In this document: piece after piece, positions 13,920 to 31,871 of the stretch
Position numbering within the stretch: the stretch's first letter is position 1
How the letters are laid out: the number at the start of each line of letters is the position of its first letter
The notes under the pieces: generated by a model
Told to the model about the DNA's origin: nothing
Database searches by the model: none
The model's input: only the letters and a program-made list of their open reading frames with translations
Program-made: the position numbers and the translations under genes
Assembly (NCBI RefSeq): GCF_009914755.1
Contig: NC_060932.1
Length of the DNA stretch: 64,000 bases
Strand: one strand, 5' to 3'
Source of the DNA: the human T2T-CHM13v2.0 reference genome, Homo sapiens

Positions 13920-14700
13920 GCATAAGCCCCCTTCTCCAGCCTGCAGCCCTGCCCCTGCGGCATGTCTATGCTTTCTTCTTCTAGTCATTCTGAGATGCTA
14001 GTAGTTCCTCAAACCTGATCTCCTCATTCATGCATTTGTGCTGCTCCCTGGCCTGGAATGTCCAGCCCCTACTGTCTTTCAAAGTTTAACTTAGCATTAC
14101 CCTAGTAATCTCATAATCTCATCCCTGTTAGTGTAGCCAACTAGCTGTCCCATAGGCACTTCAAATGCAATCTATACCAAAGTAAACTTACATTCTTGTT
14201 CCTATAACCTGCTTCCTTATTTATCTATTTCACTGGGGGCACAACCAGTAATTCAAGCTGGAAACATACAGATTTTCTTTTCCTGTTTCTTCTCCACATC
14301 CAAATCCAAACCCAAGTCCAGCTGATGCCCCCTTTACCTCTCCTGTCCTCAACCTCTGAGGGCCTTGCCCACCTTGTGTTGCTGGCTCAGACTCCTCCCA
14401 GCAGGTCCCACTGCCACCAGTGTTCTCAATCCACACTGCAGCCTGCAGGTGGACTGCCATTCTGGCCATTTCACTGCAGGTCTTAAAACCCTTCAACAGT
14501 TCACAAGACCCCATTATCAAAGAAAATCAAAGATATCAAAGATTATCAAAGCTCGAATCCATAAAGCAGCTGGCCAGGCCCTCCACAGTCTAGATCTGGT
14601 CCCCTTTTTCACTCTGGCCTGGGGTCACACGTGGCCCTAAACTGCCAGTGGCACCAGGCCTGTGCTTCTCAAGCACCTTTACTTATGTTGTCCCTGCCAT
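13920..14700 (+). mobile_element. L2 fragments
   Basis: gcctggaatgtcc, ctcaatccacactgcagcc, cttaaaacccttcaa L2-like motifs. Confidence 0.5.
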
Positions 14701-16599
14701 GTGTAACATCCTCGAGATATTTAGTTAGACACAAAATTAAAAAAGAAAATTAGGGCCATGGTAATACTTTCAGACAAATTTCGATGGGAACAAATGTGGA
14801 AGGAAAGAAGCTTCTTCTGCCCTGTCAGTCTCTGCATTAACCTCTCCCTCATTCACCCCCATCTATAAGCTGCTCTATGCCAAAAGGAGATGAAACGCCG
14901 GTGGAAGAAAAAGGAAAGAGGAGAATATAACCAGGGGTCAGGCTGAAGCCTCAGGCAAGGTACATGCAAACAATGGCCTAGGACAGACCAAATCCTGAAG
15001 ATTTTGGCTTTTTGAAAGACAGGAAAAAACTGAAATGCATTTTTATCAGAGCTGGAAAAAAATATGTATTACACTCATCCTTACAGTATGAGCCAAAAAG
15101 TAAATAGCTCTACAGTTGTGAGTACCAATCATGCAGACACACGGAAGTGTGCCTAAAATTGCTTTGAAGAATCTTCCCCTCTTTCTTGTCCTCTTAGAGG
15201 GACTGCAAAGAAATGTCTACATCCCCCTCCCACCCCTACACACACTCAACTCCCTATCATACACAATCTGGTGTGCAGACACCCTTCAGTGTATCATTTG
15301 GGGATTTATTGGTATTTTAGTTAACAGGTTGATTCTAAGCCTTTACAACAATTAAAAAAAGCACTTTGTATACACACATGGGCACAGATCCAGAGTAATG
15401 TCTGTAATGCCTGAGGCACTTAAAAATTTGTTTTACATCAGGCTAAGCATGTTATGAATCTGCATTTTCATTATACATCACAACCATCCTTATTTTTACT
15501 AATGACATAAAAGATGAGAAGAAACAGAATGCTTATATTAAGGCTACCATCTGATCTTACATTTGTTAGAATAAAACTAGACATTTTAGTAGAACCGCAG
15601 ATGAATTACATAATATTTATAAAGGGATCTTATAATAAAAATGAAGAAATTAAAACCAGATGAAAGTAGATAAAAGCTTTATTTTCATAATTAAAATTAT
15701 GTTATACTGAATTGAAGTAGTACTTATAGTGGTAACAAATTACTATGTAGAATATTGAATTACTTTGCATTACAAATTGCTAAAATATACACCAATTTGT
15801 GACACAGAAAATATCTCAAAATTCGCTACTTTAACAGATATATGTACAATAAAAAGAGCAAATATCCTAATTATTCCAATGTCTAAAGGAATACAAAAGG
15901 TAAAGTATGAACATCACAGGCATATTAAATTTAATTTTATATTCACTTCACATATATTTCAGCACACAGTATTAGTTCATACTACAAGAATTTTTTAAAA
16001 ATATTTTTAAAGTTGCAATTTGTCTCCTTAAAAGTATACATTAATAGGAAATAGATAAGTGATGTTATGGACAGGGCATTTTCTCATTGACTAGTAAAGG
16101 ATATATACACTTATTTCTTAAATCATTGCACAAAGAAAACAAAATTATATTATGTATCTCTGTGAGTGCCTCATTACAGAATTCAATGATTTGGCAGTCT
16201 ACACTTTCTAAATCTGTCAATCTCCTGCTTCAATCTGTGTGTTAAGTCATAGTATAACAGCTCACAGAAATCATATCGATTTCTAGGTCTCAAGAAGATT
16301 CTATAACGAATACATTTTGATTCTTAGTATTATAACAGTAGAAAATTGGCATCAGTCCACATTTTGGAAGAATGACATGACTAAATATATGTGGCATGTC
16401 AGACAGACATGAATACAAAATTGTGCTTTAAAAAATTCTAAGCCTACAATTTTTAAGAGTTTTATCTTTGGTTAAGCAACTTTTCTTCTGTGGAACAGTT
16501 ACATTACTGTAATGTATCCTCAGTTACATTGTTTTCTAACAGCACCTATTTTTTTTTTGCATTACCAATTTATAAACTATGACCTCATTTATGAAAATA

Positions 16600-17400
16600 C
16601 AAATTTACATGACATACCATTTTATTCCCAGCTAAACCAAAATTATAAACTCTGGCAATTCCAAATGTTGGCAAAGTTGGAGCAATGGGAATTCTTACAC
16701 ACTTCTGTTAGAGTGTAAAAAGGTATACTTTTGTTAAAAGTAAAGATACTAATATTTTTGCAGCCAGCAATTTCACTTCTAGATATATCCTCTAGAGAAA
16801 CTCCTACACATGAGTGCAAAGGAAAATACACAAAACTATCCACCACAATACTGTTTCAAATGGTCAAAAAATTGTAATTAAAGGAGTTTTTTTAAAAATT
16901 AACAGCTTACATTTCCATTATCAACAGAGTCAATTTTAATATTGTGGTATATTTGCCATTCTATAGCATCAAAATGAATAAACTAAAGCTACATACATCA
17001 ATATGAGAAATCTCTCTATATACAGATTTGAAGGAATAAAGCAAGTTTAAGGATGATACAGATAATAGGTTACTTTTTGCCTAAGTTTTAAAGCATGCAA
17101 TAATATGTGTCACCTACAGATATAGATATGTAGTGAGAATATAAAGTCATAAGTGGGAATAATAAACACCAAATCTAGAACAGTAATCCTGTCTGGAGAA
17201 GTAAGGAGAGTAAGGAGAGTGAAAATGAAGAAGATGCACAATAGGATTTAACTTATTTAATGTTTTGTTCCTTGAAAAAAGAAAAGAAAAGATTTGGAGA
17301 ATACAATACAAAAATGTTACATTTTACAATCTAGGTAGATGTATACATGGATTAATTATATTATTTCTAATTTTTATATTTTAAAACTATTTCAAATTTT
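16600..17400 (+). mobile_element. L1ME 3' fragment
   Basis: ccaaatgttggcaaag, cagcaatttcacttctagatatatcc, aaaatgaataaactaaagctacatacatcaat. Confidence 0.75.
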
Positions 17401-18451
17401 AAAGAACAAAAATTTACAGTGAAGTAATATTCACCCTAATAAATGTTATTAGAACATTTGTTACTATCTTTACTTTTTTTTTTAAATTCATTGCATCTCA
17501 GAGAGAGCAACTACAATTTTAAGTGTCTTTCCATATTCATAATCTTCTCTAGATCTTTAAGAACTTGTCCAATTTCCTAACCTCACTAAGAGGTAAGTTT
17601 AGACCTCTGATGATACACTATCTGATAAGGTAATTGGTTGTTTTCATGTTGCTTACATTATCAGCCTTCATATATTTTAAATTGGTGTGTCTGTTTCCCA
17701 TTTAAACATTTTTAAGAAGGTTATTTGAAGAGCTTAACCTCTCTGTGTACGTTTCTTCTTCTCAGAGCTTTGTGAGATCCACGGTAAGGTTGACTTACTC
17801 CCCCAGACTTCACTGGCTGTTCTCACTGAGACTTCTCATTCTTTAGGACTTATCTCAGATGGGGCCTGACCTGGGTTGCCTTCTCTGACCAGTGCAGGCC
17901 AGGCTGGGCCCTCCCCGAGAAGCCCTTTGTTTGTACAGTACCTTACAAATATCTGGATGGCAGAATATATCACCCTGTGCTGTTCTGGCAGATACTCCAT
18001 CTCCTCGATGGGAATATGAGCTTCCTAAAGCAGCAACTATGTTCTGCTTTCACCTTCTCAAGATCTCAGAACAATCAAACATTTGCTTGATAAGTATTTG
18101 TTGAATGAACAAATGAATAAATGCAGTTGTTAGAAATAAATGCAGCATGAATCTTTTTCTACTAGTATTATTCTTTAGACAAGACTTTTGTGTCTTAGAA
18201 AGGCAAAAGGCAATTCAACACAGAATCCCTTTTTAGGAAAATGGTTACATTCACTGTAGATGAAATGCATCTTACTCTTGAATCCAAGTTTTTAGTATTA
18301 AGGGATATAGATTGTCGTGCTTTCTACTACTAGATTGTAGTGTTGATCATTAAGACTTTTCAAAAAGGGATGTTCACTGACGCAATAATTTATATGCAGG
18401 TACCAAACCATGGCAAGTAGACCCTTATAAATTTCAAATATTAAAATATAA

Positions 18452-18616
<165 letters not shown>

Positions 18617-18984
18617 TAGTAACTGAGGAATTAAGCAAATGGATTTCTAGATATAATGCTAGCACTTAATTTCCAATAAAAGAAAGTAAATTAAGAATTA
18701 TTATGTAATTAAAATAAGGGACTAGAAACATATTCAGCAGCAGCCAAGCAGAGGGGGAGTGACCAAGTAGATGAGCCCAGTTCTCCATATGACAGAACAC
18801 CCTCTAACCCTAAAAGAATAAATGATCACTCTCACCTGAGCCACCACGTAAAACAAAAATGGAAAGAAATGTAGGTACAAAAAAAGAGTTAAGAAAACAA
18901 GCAGAAAAATACAGTGCATTTTTATCTGTTACAACTATCTAAACTGTCTATTGACTATATAGCAACATCTGAAGTTTATATAAT

Positions 18985-19150
18985 ACTTTATTTATAAAGC
19001 ACTTTCCCACAAGTATCTCACTAAGGGCCCACAACATTCCTTAGATTAGGAAGATCAGGTAATGTCCCTGTTCTACAGATGAAGAAATTGAGGCTCAGAG
19101 TGAGACTAAGGACAAAGAGATAGCATCAGAAGGAATACTTAAACCCAAAC
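18985..19150 (-). mobile_element. MIR
   Basis: MIR core tacagatgaagaaattgaggctcagag. Confidence 0.7.
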
Positions 19151-19704
19151 TTTAAAAACTTTTAACGCAATGTTTTTCCAGAATGTGAAACCCCACTTTA
19201 AAAATCCTTCTAAGTAAATATAGTTGTACTGGAATTTAGATAATTTTGAAACTCTCCAATAATTGAATAATATCTAGTTGGTGATACTTAGCATTTTACT
19301 TCTGATTGCATAAATATTCATAGGGAAACACCTAGGAGGAATGTTCAAAGCCATGAGTGGTGTGGTTCTCATTAGCACTAATAGAGATCAGGTGGATAAG
19401 CTCCCATTTAATGCTTTGAAAATCTGTCCCCGACTTTGCACCACTTAGGTAGCTGTAAAGTATACTCCTACTTGTTTTGGTTTTGTAGTAAAAATTATGC
19501 TTCACTGTATTACTTTCACGCCACTTAGGAAAATATTTCTGTTTTTCAGTAATGATAATTTTCTCTATTAGGTTAAATTATTCAGTCATACTTCTTTAGT
19601 TTCTTCAATTTTATCCTCTTCTGATTCTCTGATTGTCAAAACTCTAGGGACTCCACAAATCTCAGATCAGCACTGTCTCCAAGACCAGGGTCAACACTAC
19701 AACG

Positions 19705-20015
19705 TGGCTGTCAAACTGCAGAGCCTTCAGGAGCCTGTATGTGAAAGATAGGGGAAGGGATAGGGCAAAATGCACTCATGAGGGAGTCGCTCAAGCTCTC
19801 AAAAGGGGTCATTTGCTGTTCCACCCAAGTTGGTTGTTGACTGTGGATTCATTGTTGCTGGCTCTTCCAAGGTTTTGAAAAAAGCCAGAAATTTATAGTT
19901 TTTCATAAGGAAGTTTAAATCTTTAAAGGCCACAATTACAAATAATTTTTTAAACACTGTATGGACCAACATTGTCTAGAGTGAACAGCACTTGTGGGCC
20001 ATGAGTTGACAATAG
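19705..20015 (-). mobile_element. MER102 (hAT-Charlie) relic
   Basis: gaaaaaagccagaaattt...ttttttaaacactgtatggacc...gtgggccatgagttg resemble antisense MER102. Confidence 0.6.
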
Positions 20016-20429
20016 CTAATTCAGTTTCCTATTCTAAAAAGCAGAATGGTTGACTCAGGTCATTAAGCTTCATACCATTCATTCAGATTTCAGCTGGGAA
20101 AATTGTTTTTCTCCATTGTGTATAATCCAATTGCTGGACAAATTTAGGAAAAAAACAGGATGATATAAACGTAATTAGAATATTAGAATCACAGAATGGG
20201 TACAGAGGAAGAAATTGCTTGCTCATGCCTATATAAGTGAATATTGATGAGAAGTCAAGGATGATGAATTTAATCTTATCTGCTTCTATTTCATGACAAC
20301 CTGATGTAAGGATTCAAAAATAACTATAAATGGAAATTTTTATTCTCAATCAGACAACTTAGTATCATCTTGCTGACTGTAGCTTTGTGAAATGGTTCTT
20401 AACATGGAATTTATTGAGCAGATGGGGGA

Positions 20430-21800
20430 TTAGCCATGTCAATAAACATTTTCTGGTTCCTCATGTGACAAGATTGTACCACACGCTGATAATACAGGTG
20501 AATGAGACATGTCCCCTACCCCTATAGAGCTCATGATCTATCAGGCAACTGGAATGTGTGATGCGATCGACTTCTGTAAAGATAGACTACTTTGGGGGAG
20601 TAGAGGAAAAGATTTTGGGAGCACAGAGTAGGGAAAGCATGACAGTCAGTGATGAATGACTACAGGTAAGGAAGAAACTGAATATTAAAGAATAGGAATC
20701 ACTCAGGTAAGCTGGGAATGACAAGCAAAACAGCTTTTGGGATAGAAGATAGAAACAACATGATGTCTTTATCAATCTATATGCAGATGGGTGTTGACAT
20801 TTAAGAGGAGAAGTAACATGGTCATCTGTTTCAGATAGACCATTCTAGTTGCAATGTGTAAATGACAGATTATATAGAGAGAAATGATAGGTAGAAACAC
20901 CACTTAAGAGTGTAGCAGTGGTCCAGGTGAGAGAGACGGACTTAGACCAGAGAAAAGTGACATGCATCTTTGAGAGAAAACGGAGAGATCTGAAAAACAT
21001 TTACAGTTAAATTATTGGAACAGAATGATTTATGTTATGGTAGAGCTCAGGAACAGCAATGCTGACGGCACCCACATTTCTAACTTCAGGTCACAGTGTG
21101 GACAGTGGTAGCATCCACAGAGATCAAGAACAGAGAAAAGTAGCAAATTTTAGAAAACATGCCACATACCTTTTAGATACTCTAAGTTTGAGGTACCCAT
21201 GGGATATCTTGGTGGAGATTTTCAGCTATCCAAATCTTTGGGATAAAATGCAAGCTGGAGACATATTTTTGAAAATTATTAGAAATGCAGTGGAGACTAA
21301 AGCATGAGGGCAGTGGAGAACAATTAGGGTGAGTGTGTAATGAGCAGCACAGGGGCTGAACACAAAAACCCAAGCATTAGGAATCATCAGCAAAGTAGGA
21401 GAACTCATAGACTATGTGAAGAAGTCCAAGAAGAAGGGTCAAGAATAAGCTAGCATATGCCAGGAACTGTGCTAAGCCTGCACACATTGACTATAATCTC
21501 ATAAGTTAATTATCATTATATTCTACCCATCTTCTAGTCAAGAAAACTGAGCTACCCTCAAAAAGAAAATACCTTGCCCAAGGTCACTATCAAGTTAAGA
21601 TTCCTGTGATTCAGACCTAATCCTGCCACACTCCAAAGACTGATTAACTTTCACTTCATCCAGACACCAGTGATCCCCAAGGTCTTATAGCGAAGTGGTC
21701 AAATAAGTTAAGGGTTGAAAAGTGTCCATGGGATTTACAATATGAAGGCCACTGATAATTATGACCAGTAATTGTTATCTGGAATGAGTGAAGTGGAGTT
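20430..21800 (-). mobile_element. L2 fragments, interrupted by a MIR
   Basis: gtggtccaggtgagag, aagtttgaggtacc, aagtgtccatgggattta L2 antisense motifs. Confidence 0.65.
21445..21645 (-). mobile_element. MIR
   Basis: tgccaggaactgtgctaag...gaaaactgag...ttgcccaaggtcac. Confidence 0.7.
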
Positions 21801-22169
21801 AGCAAATGCATACAACTCTTGTAAAGAAGCTTGGGTACGACAATAGAAAAAAGAAAGCCAAGGAGCACACAGTGCTCCTAAACAGTGAGGGTGACCAGAG
21901 TTTTTCGGTTGTCTGTGAAGAACTTTACAAGGTGCTTATTATCATGATGGCTAATGTGTAATTTCACATGTAGAAAGGAAGAGATCCGAGGACCTTTCTG
22001 GAACTATGACTCTACTCATCATTTCCAGGTAGCTTCGATCTCAGCTGCCGGGGAGTAGAAACTAGAAAGAACAACCATATTATTCCATCTTCTAATTAAT
22101 GCCACATTACACAAATAAAAACACAGAGCTCCTATGACACTCTGATGCTGAACCTCTATCACACAATTT

Positions 22170-22580
22170 TGATCGGGAATAGGAAGTGAGCAGGTCTTTC
22201 TTGGCTCAGCAGCTTGGGTCAGAGGAAGTACATTTTAATAAGCATAATAGTGATAGTCAGAATCAGCTTGAAAATGAATTGAATTAGACATATAAAGTCT
22301 TATGCTGACTGGTCCTGGTTATCAAACAGCACGCTGGCAACTTCACAGCACCCAGCTAGTTCCAGGAGACTCAGGAGGCCTGCCAGTTCCTACACACAAG
22401 TCCCTTGTAGACTAAAAGACATAGAACATTCCTCTTCTGGGCCCCTCTCACCCCTCCACACGAGAACGCCTGCCAATCTGCTTGCTCTCAGGACTTTACC
22501 AAGACAGTCAAGCAACAACAACAGAAAGAGAGAGACAGACACACACAGGCAGAGAGAGAGGGAGAAAGAAAAGAAACAAC
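22170..22580 (+). promoter_or_regulatory. Possible enhancer or promoter-like unique segment
   Basis: Two ETS cores (aggaagt), tataaa at ~22291, tgctgac MAF half-site, GA/CA-rich tract; motif evidence only. Confidence 0.2.
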
Positions 22581-23725
22581 AAGGTTTCTGCCATAACCCC
22601 CAAACTCACTATTTTTTAATGGGGAAAAAAAATTCTGGCAGGGAATGCTCATGATATTTTCATTGTTTTTTTATTCCAACATGATTTATATTTAGTATAC
22701 AGGGTTATTTGTTTATCTTTTTTAAAGTTTTTGAACATATTATAAATATTTGTTAAATGATATTTATTTATATTGCTAAATCCTGCTTTAGAAGAAAAAC
22801 GTTAGCATATGTGTTCTCTTTTATTAATTAACAACAACAAACAGCTTCACAATATGCAGGTGAAATGAGACCTGAAATTCATTAGAAATATTCACTCATG
22901 AAATGTTTTAAATGTCCTGCATGTAACTATGAGAACTCAACAAGTTTCAAAACGTGAGTTGGCAAAGCAGATTCTTTATTACACATCAGCTTTTGTCAAA
23001 AAGGGTCAATTTAGAGCTTTTACTAGACTTGACTTTTGAAGTTAAGAATATCAACATCATGGAAAAAAATCTTTCTAACAAAAGATATTAACACCTGGAA
23101 AAAACTGATTCAAAAAAATCAAATGGTCCATGTATGACTGGTGACAGATACATGTTAAAAATCTTTTGAAGCTGAGTTTCGTACAAGATCATAACCTATT
23201 GGTCTCCAGTTACTAGCAGAGTTTTCTTGCTGTCCACCAGAAAGACCCCTTTACACTGTAATGCCAGTAGTTCAACTGGCAACTTCAAAGATCTGTAGGT
23301 TAATACTCAATACTTCCCAACCTATCCCTTTCCCTTTGTTCAGTTAATTGGGTATATAGATATACATTTATATTTTTCTCCGTTTGATGCTTAACTGTTT
23401 GTACCACTATTGAATTTATCATTTATTGAATTTATCATTTAAATGCTGATTTTACCAGATGCTTTTTCTTTTGCATTTAGTAATACATGTATTTTTTCTC
23501 CTTTAAGATTTGGAGGTAATGACTTATATGTTGATAGATTTCCTTACGTTAAATCTTCCTTATATTCCTGAATATTCCTTATATTCCTTTAACGACAAAA
23601 ATATTTTGGTTATGGTGTGTTCTTCTTTTAATATACTACTGGGTTTGATTTGCTAATCAAATTCTCTTAAAGCTTTGGAAATCTTGCATTCACATTTACA
23701 AGTGAAAAGTGAAATTGGATAATTC

Positions 23726-24001
23726 TTTTTTTTTTTTTTTTAGAGCCAGAGTCTCACTCTGTTGCCCAGGCTGGAGTGCAGTGGCACAATCAGAGCTCAC
23801 TGAACTCCTGGCCTCAAGTGATCCTTCTGCCTCAGTCTCCTGAGTAACTGTGACTACAGGTATGTACCACCATGCCCAACTAATTTTTAAATTTTTTGTG
23901 GAGATGGGATCTTGCTATGCTGCTCAGGCTGGTTTTGAACTCCCAATCTCAAGCAATCCTCCCACCTGGGCCTCCCAAAGAGGTGAGTCAACATGCCTAG
24001 C
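23726..24001 (-). mobile_element. AluJ
   Basis: Antisense diverged Alu with small deletions; aattc flanking duplication. Confidence 0.88.
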
Positions 24002-24365
24002 AATTCATCCTTTTTAACATCTAGCTTTTGATATTTATGTGAAGCTGTTCCATAAAAATGAATAGGAAAACATTGCCATCTTTTTGTTTGAGCTGAAGTA
24101 ATTTTAAAACTATAGGAATTATTCTTTCTCTGACTATAGAAGAACCTAGTCTGATTTCACTTATATTAATTTTTTTCTGCATCAATTTATTTTTTCTTTT
24201 CTTCTGAGACTCCAGTGTCATAAATGCTAGACCTATTGAAACTGTCCCATAGGTCCCTGAGACTCTGTTATTCAATCTCTTTTCTTACTATTTTTTAGAT
24301 TGAATTCTATTAATCTATTTCAAGTTCACTCACTCTTTCCTTTGTCATCTCTATTCCATTATTGA

Positions 24366-24755
<390 letters not shown>

Positions 24756-26967
24756 TAATAGCTTCCGTTTCACTGTTGAGAACTCCCATCTTCCTGTTCA
24801 TCTCAAGAGTGTTTATCTTTCTAGCAACTAGCATAGTTATAATAGCTTCTTTAAAATCTTTGTCTGATTGTTCCAAGATCTCTGTTATGTCAGGGTTTGT
24901 ATCTATTGGTTGTCTTTTCACTTAAGAATTTGTCACCTTTTTTTATTCTTTGTATGGTGAGTAATTTTGGATTATATCTTAGATATTTTGATGATTATGT
25001 TGTAAAACTCTGGGTCCTATTAAAATCTTATGGAGAACGTTGATTTTTATTTTATTTTTAATTTTGTTTAGCAGGCAATGAATCTGGCTAATTTCAGACT
25101 ACAAGTTCTATCTTACCTTCTTGGCATGGTAGTTCAATTGTCAGTTCAGATTTCAAAGCCTTTGCTATGCTGCTTTGGGACTTACCCAGGTGTGAACCAT
25201 TCAGAGGTTAGTCTGGGACTTGGACAGTGGTTCATACTGTAGTACAATTCCCAAAGCCTTTGCCATGTTCTTTTTGTCTGTTCCTTGTATGTAGAGCTCA
25301 GTGGTGAGCCCAGGGTGTTTGCCATTCTGAATATAGCATTAGGAAGTCTCCTTCCCCAACTTTCTCCTTTCTAGAATCCCACTGCACCCAATCTTTAAGG
25401 GGTCCTTTGCAACTGTATTCTGGCTGAAAAATAGAGTTTCTCTCAGAACTGCAGCTGCAGCTCCTTGACTGGGGCCTGCCCTTGAGTCAAAGCAGAAAGA
25501 TTAAAGAAAGAGAAAGATGAAAAAATAATAGAGATTTCCCTCCATACTTTTCAAACCACAGGACTTTGCTTTCCCAATTCCTCTGTACAGAAAAACAGAA
25601 TTTCTCTAAGTTTTAGTGGAGGGAACCTTCTGCTCCCACAGCTTCCCCAGTGGAGCTGTCCTCAGGGGAGGAAGGGACGGAAAAAGAAAAAAGGAAAACT
25701 CCTGAAGACTTTACCCCCACACCCTTTGGCTTGCATTGGCTCTTTTTCTAGTTTCATGTCCAAAAAGATAAAGAATTTCTCCATTCTTGCTTCCTGGACT
25801 TCTGCAGCTACAGCGCTGTGACTAGAGACCACCTTCAGGTTAAAGCCATGACAGGAAAGAGGGGGAAAAAATGGGGCTTACTCCTATATAAGTTGCTTCA
25901 TCAAGTTTTGCTCTTCCTCCCTAATCTTCCTGCTTATGATTACATTTCAGAATTCTAAATGGCTGCTTTTTGTATTTTGCTCAGAGGTCCCATTGTAATG
26001 AGGTGAGAGATAGGCTGTAGTGAGCTTACTCCATCTTGGCTGTCACTGGAAATTTTAGTGCCTTTAAAAAAGGTACTAAATGATAAATAATCATTCTCAC
26101 CTGCTGTATAATTATTGGTCTTTTCAGGATTTCAGTTTCTTCTTGAGTAAATCTTTTTTGTTCATACTTGCCAGAAAAATCATTCATTTCTTCTAAAATT
26201 TCAAATGTATTGCCACAGACTTACCAAAAAAGAGGTTGTCTTAAGTCTATCTCTTTTTTTAAATCATAAGATAATATTTTTAGTGAAATTCAAATCATTT
26301 TTTACAATAAACAATATTTTCTATATGTGTTAGTTTACTCAATCTCCTCATTTTTCTATTTTATGTTTGTAATTTACCTAGGGCTCTCTAGCACATATAT
26401 GTGTTTTATGTTTTCTTAATTAATAGCGGTGCACAATTGAACAGTTTAGTTGCTATTGAGTTAAAGAAAATTGGTTTCATAGAATACCTTTCTGCAATAT
26501 TTGAACACATACAAAAATGCCTATCAAAAGCTAAGATATAAAACTATGTACCTCTATTTTCAATCTAAAGTCATTTTATACACTGGAAAGTAAGTACAAG
26601 TGCAATATTCACTGTAAAATATGCACTAAGCACTTTGTTGATATAAAATTTAATGAGTTCATAATTATGCAAACATTGTCATGGGGAGTGAAGGACATAT
26701 AGATTCTATCTGTATTATTTCTTATAATTGCTTAAGTAATTTTCTTTTATTATTATTATTATTATTATACTTTAAGTTCTAGGGTACATGTGCACAACGT
26801 GCAGGTTTGTTACATATGTATACATGTGTCATGTTGGTGTGCTGCACCCGTTAACTCCTCATTTACATTAGGTATATCTCCTAATGCTATCCCTCCCCCC
26901 TCCAACCACTCCACGACAGTCCCCAGTGTGTGATGTTCCCCACCCTGTGTCCAAGTGTTCTCATTGT

Positions 26968-30782
<3,815 letters not shown>

Positions 30783-30845
30783 TATGATGTTAGCTGGTTA
30801 TTTTGCTCATTAGTTGATGCAGTTTCTTCCTAGCATCGATGGTCT

Positions 30846-31871
30846 TTACAATTTGGCATGTTTTTGCAGTGGCTGGTACTAGTTGTTCCTTTCCATGTTT
30901 AGTGCTTCCTTCAGGAGCTCTTGTAAGGCAGGCCTGGTGTTGACAAAATCTCTCAGCACTTATTTGTCTGTAAAAGATTTTATTTCTCCTTCACATATGA
31001 AGTTTAGTTTGGCTGGATATGAAATTCTGGGTTGAAAATTCTTTTCTTTAAGAATGTTGAATATTGGCCCCCACTCTCTTTTGGCTTATAGAGTTTCTGC
31101 TGAGATATCCACTGTTAGTCTGATGGGCTTCCCTTTGTGAGTAACCCAACCTTTCTCTCTGGCTGCCCTTAACATTTTTTCCCTCATTTCAACTTTGGCA
31201 AATCTAACAATTGTGTGTCTTGGAGTGGCTCTTCTCGAGGAGTATCTCTGTGGTGTTCTCTGTATTTCCTGAATTTGAATGTTGGCCTGCCTTGCCACGT
31301 TGTGGAAGTTCTCCTGGATAACATCCTGCAGAGTGTTTTCCAACTTGGTTCCATTCTCCCCGTCACTTTCAGGTACACCAATCAGACATAGATTTGGTGT
31401 TTTCACATAGTTCCATATTTCTTGGAGGCTTTGTTCATTTCTTTTTAATCTTTTTTCTCTCAACTTCTCTTCTCGCTTCATTTCATTCATTTGGTTTTCA
31501 ATCACTGACACCCTGTCTTCCACTTGATCAAATCTTGTACTTATGCTTGTGCATGTGTCACGTAGTTCTTGTGCCATGGTTTTCAGCCCCATCAGGTCAT
31601 TTAAGGACTTCTCTACACTGTTTATTCTAGTTAGCCATTCATCTAATCTTTTTCCAAGGTTTTTAGCTTCTTTGCAATGGGTTCAAACATCCTCCTTTAG
31701 CTCAGATAAGTTTGTTATTACTTATTGTCCGAAGCCTTCTTCTCTCAACTCGTCAAAGTCATTCTCTGTCCAGCTTTGTTCCATTGCTGGCCAGGACCTG
31801 CGTTCCTTTGGAGGAGAAAAGGCACTCTGATTTTTAGAATTTTCAGCTTTTCTGCTCTGGTTTCTTCCCAC
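30846..31871 (-). pseudogene. L1 ORF1, disrupted
   Basis: Fragment 31086-31592 (KRNEQSLQEIW...KGKPIRLT); start codon mutated to GTG at 31871; 63-nt spacer to ORF2. Confidence 0.9.

Noticed and set aside
17510-17577. Minus-strand terminal coding exon (EIGQVLKDLEKIMNMERHLKL*)
   Set aside because: The acceptor lacks a polypyrimidine tract and the peptide is not recognised.
23408-23439. 16-bp tandem duplication (similar ones at ~4960-5010, 34968-34992, 47343-47369, 56678-56713)
   Set aside because: Two- or three-copy slippage duplications typical of neutral DNA; not an array or CRISPR-like structure.
26747-26768. (TTA)n microsatellite
   Set aside because: Explained as the decayed poly(A) tail of the L1PA5.
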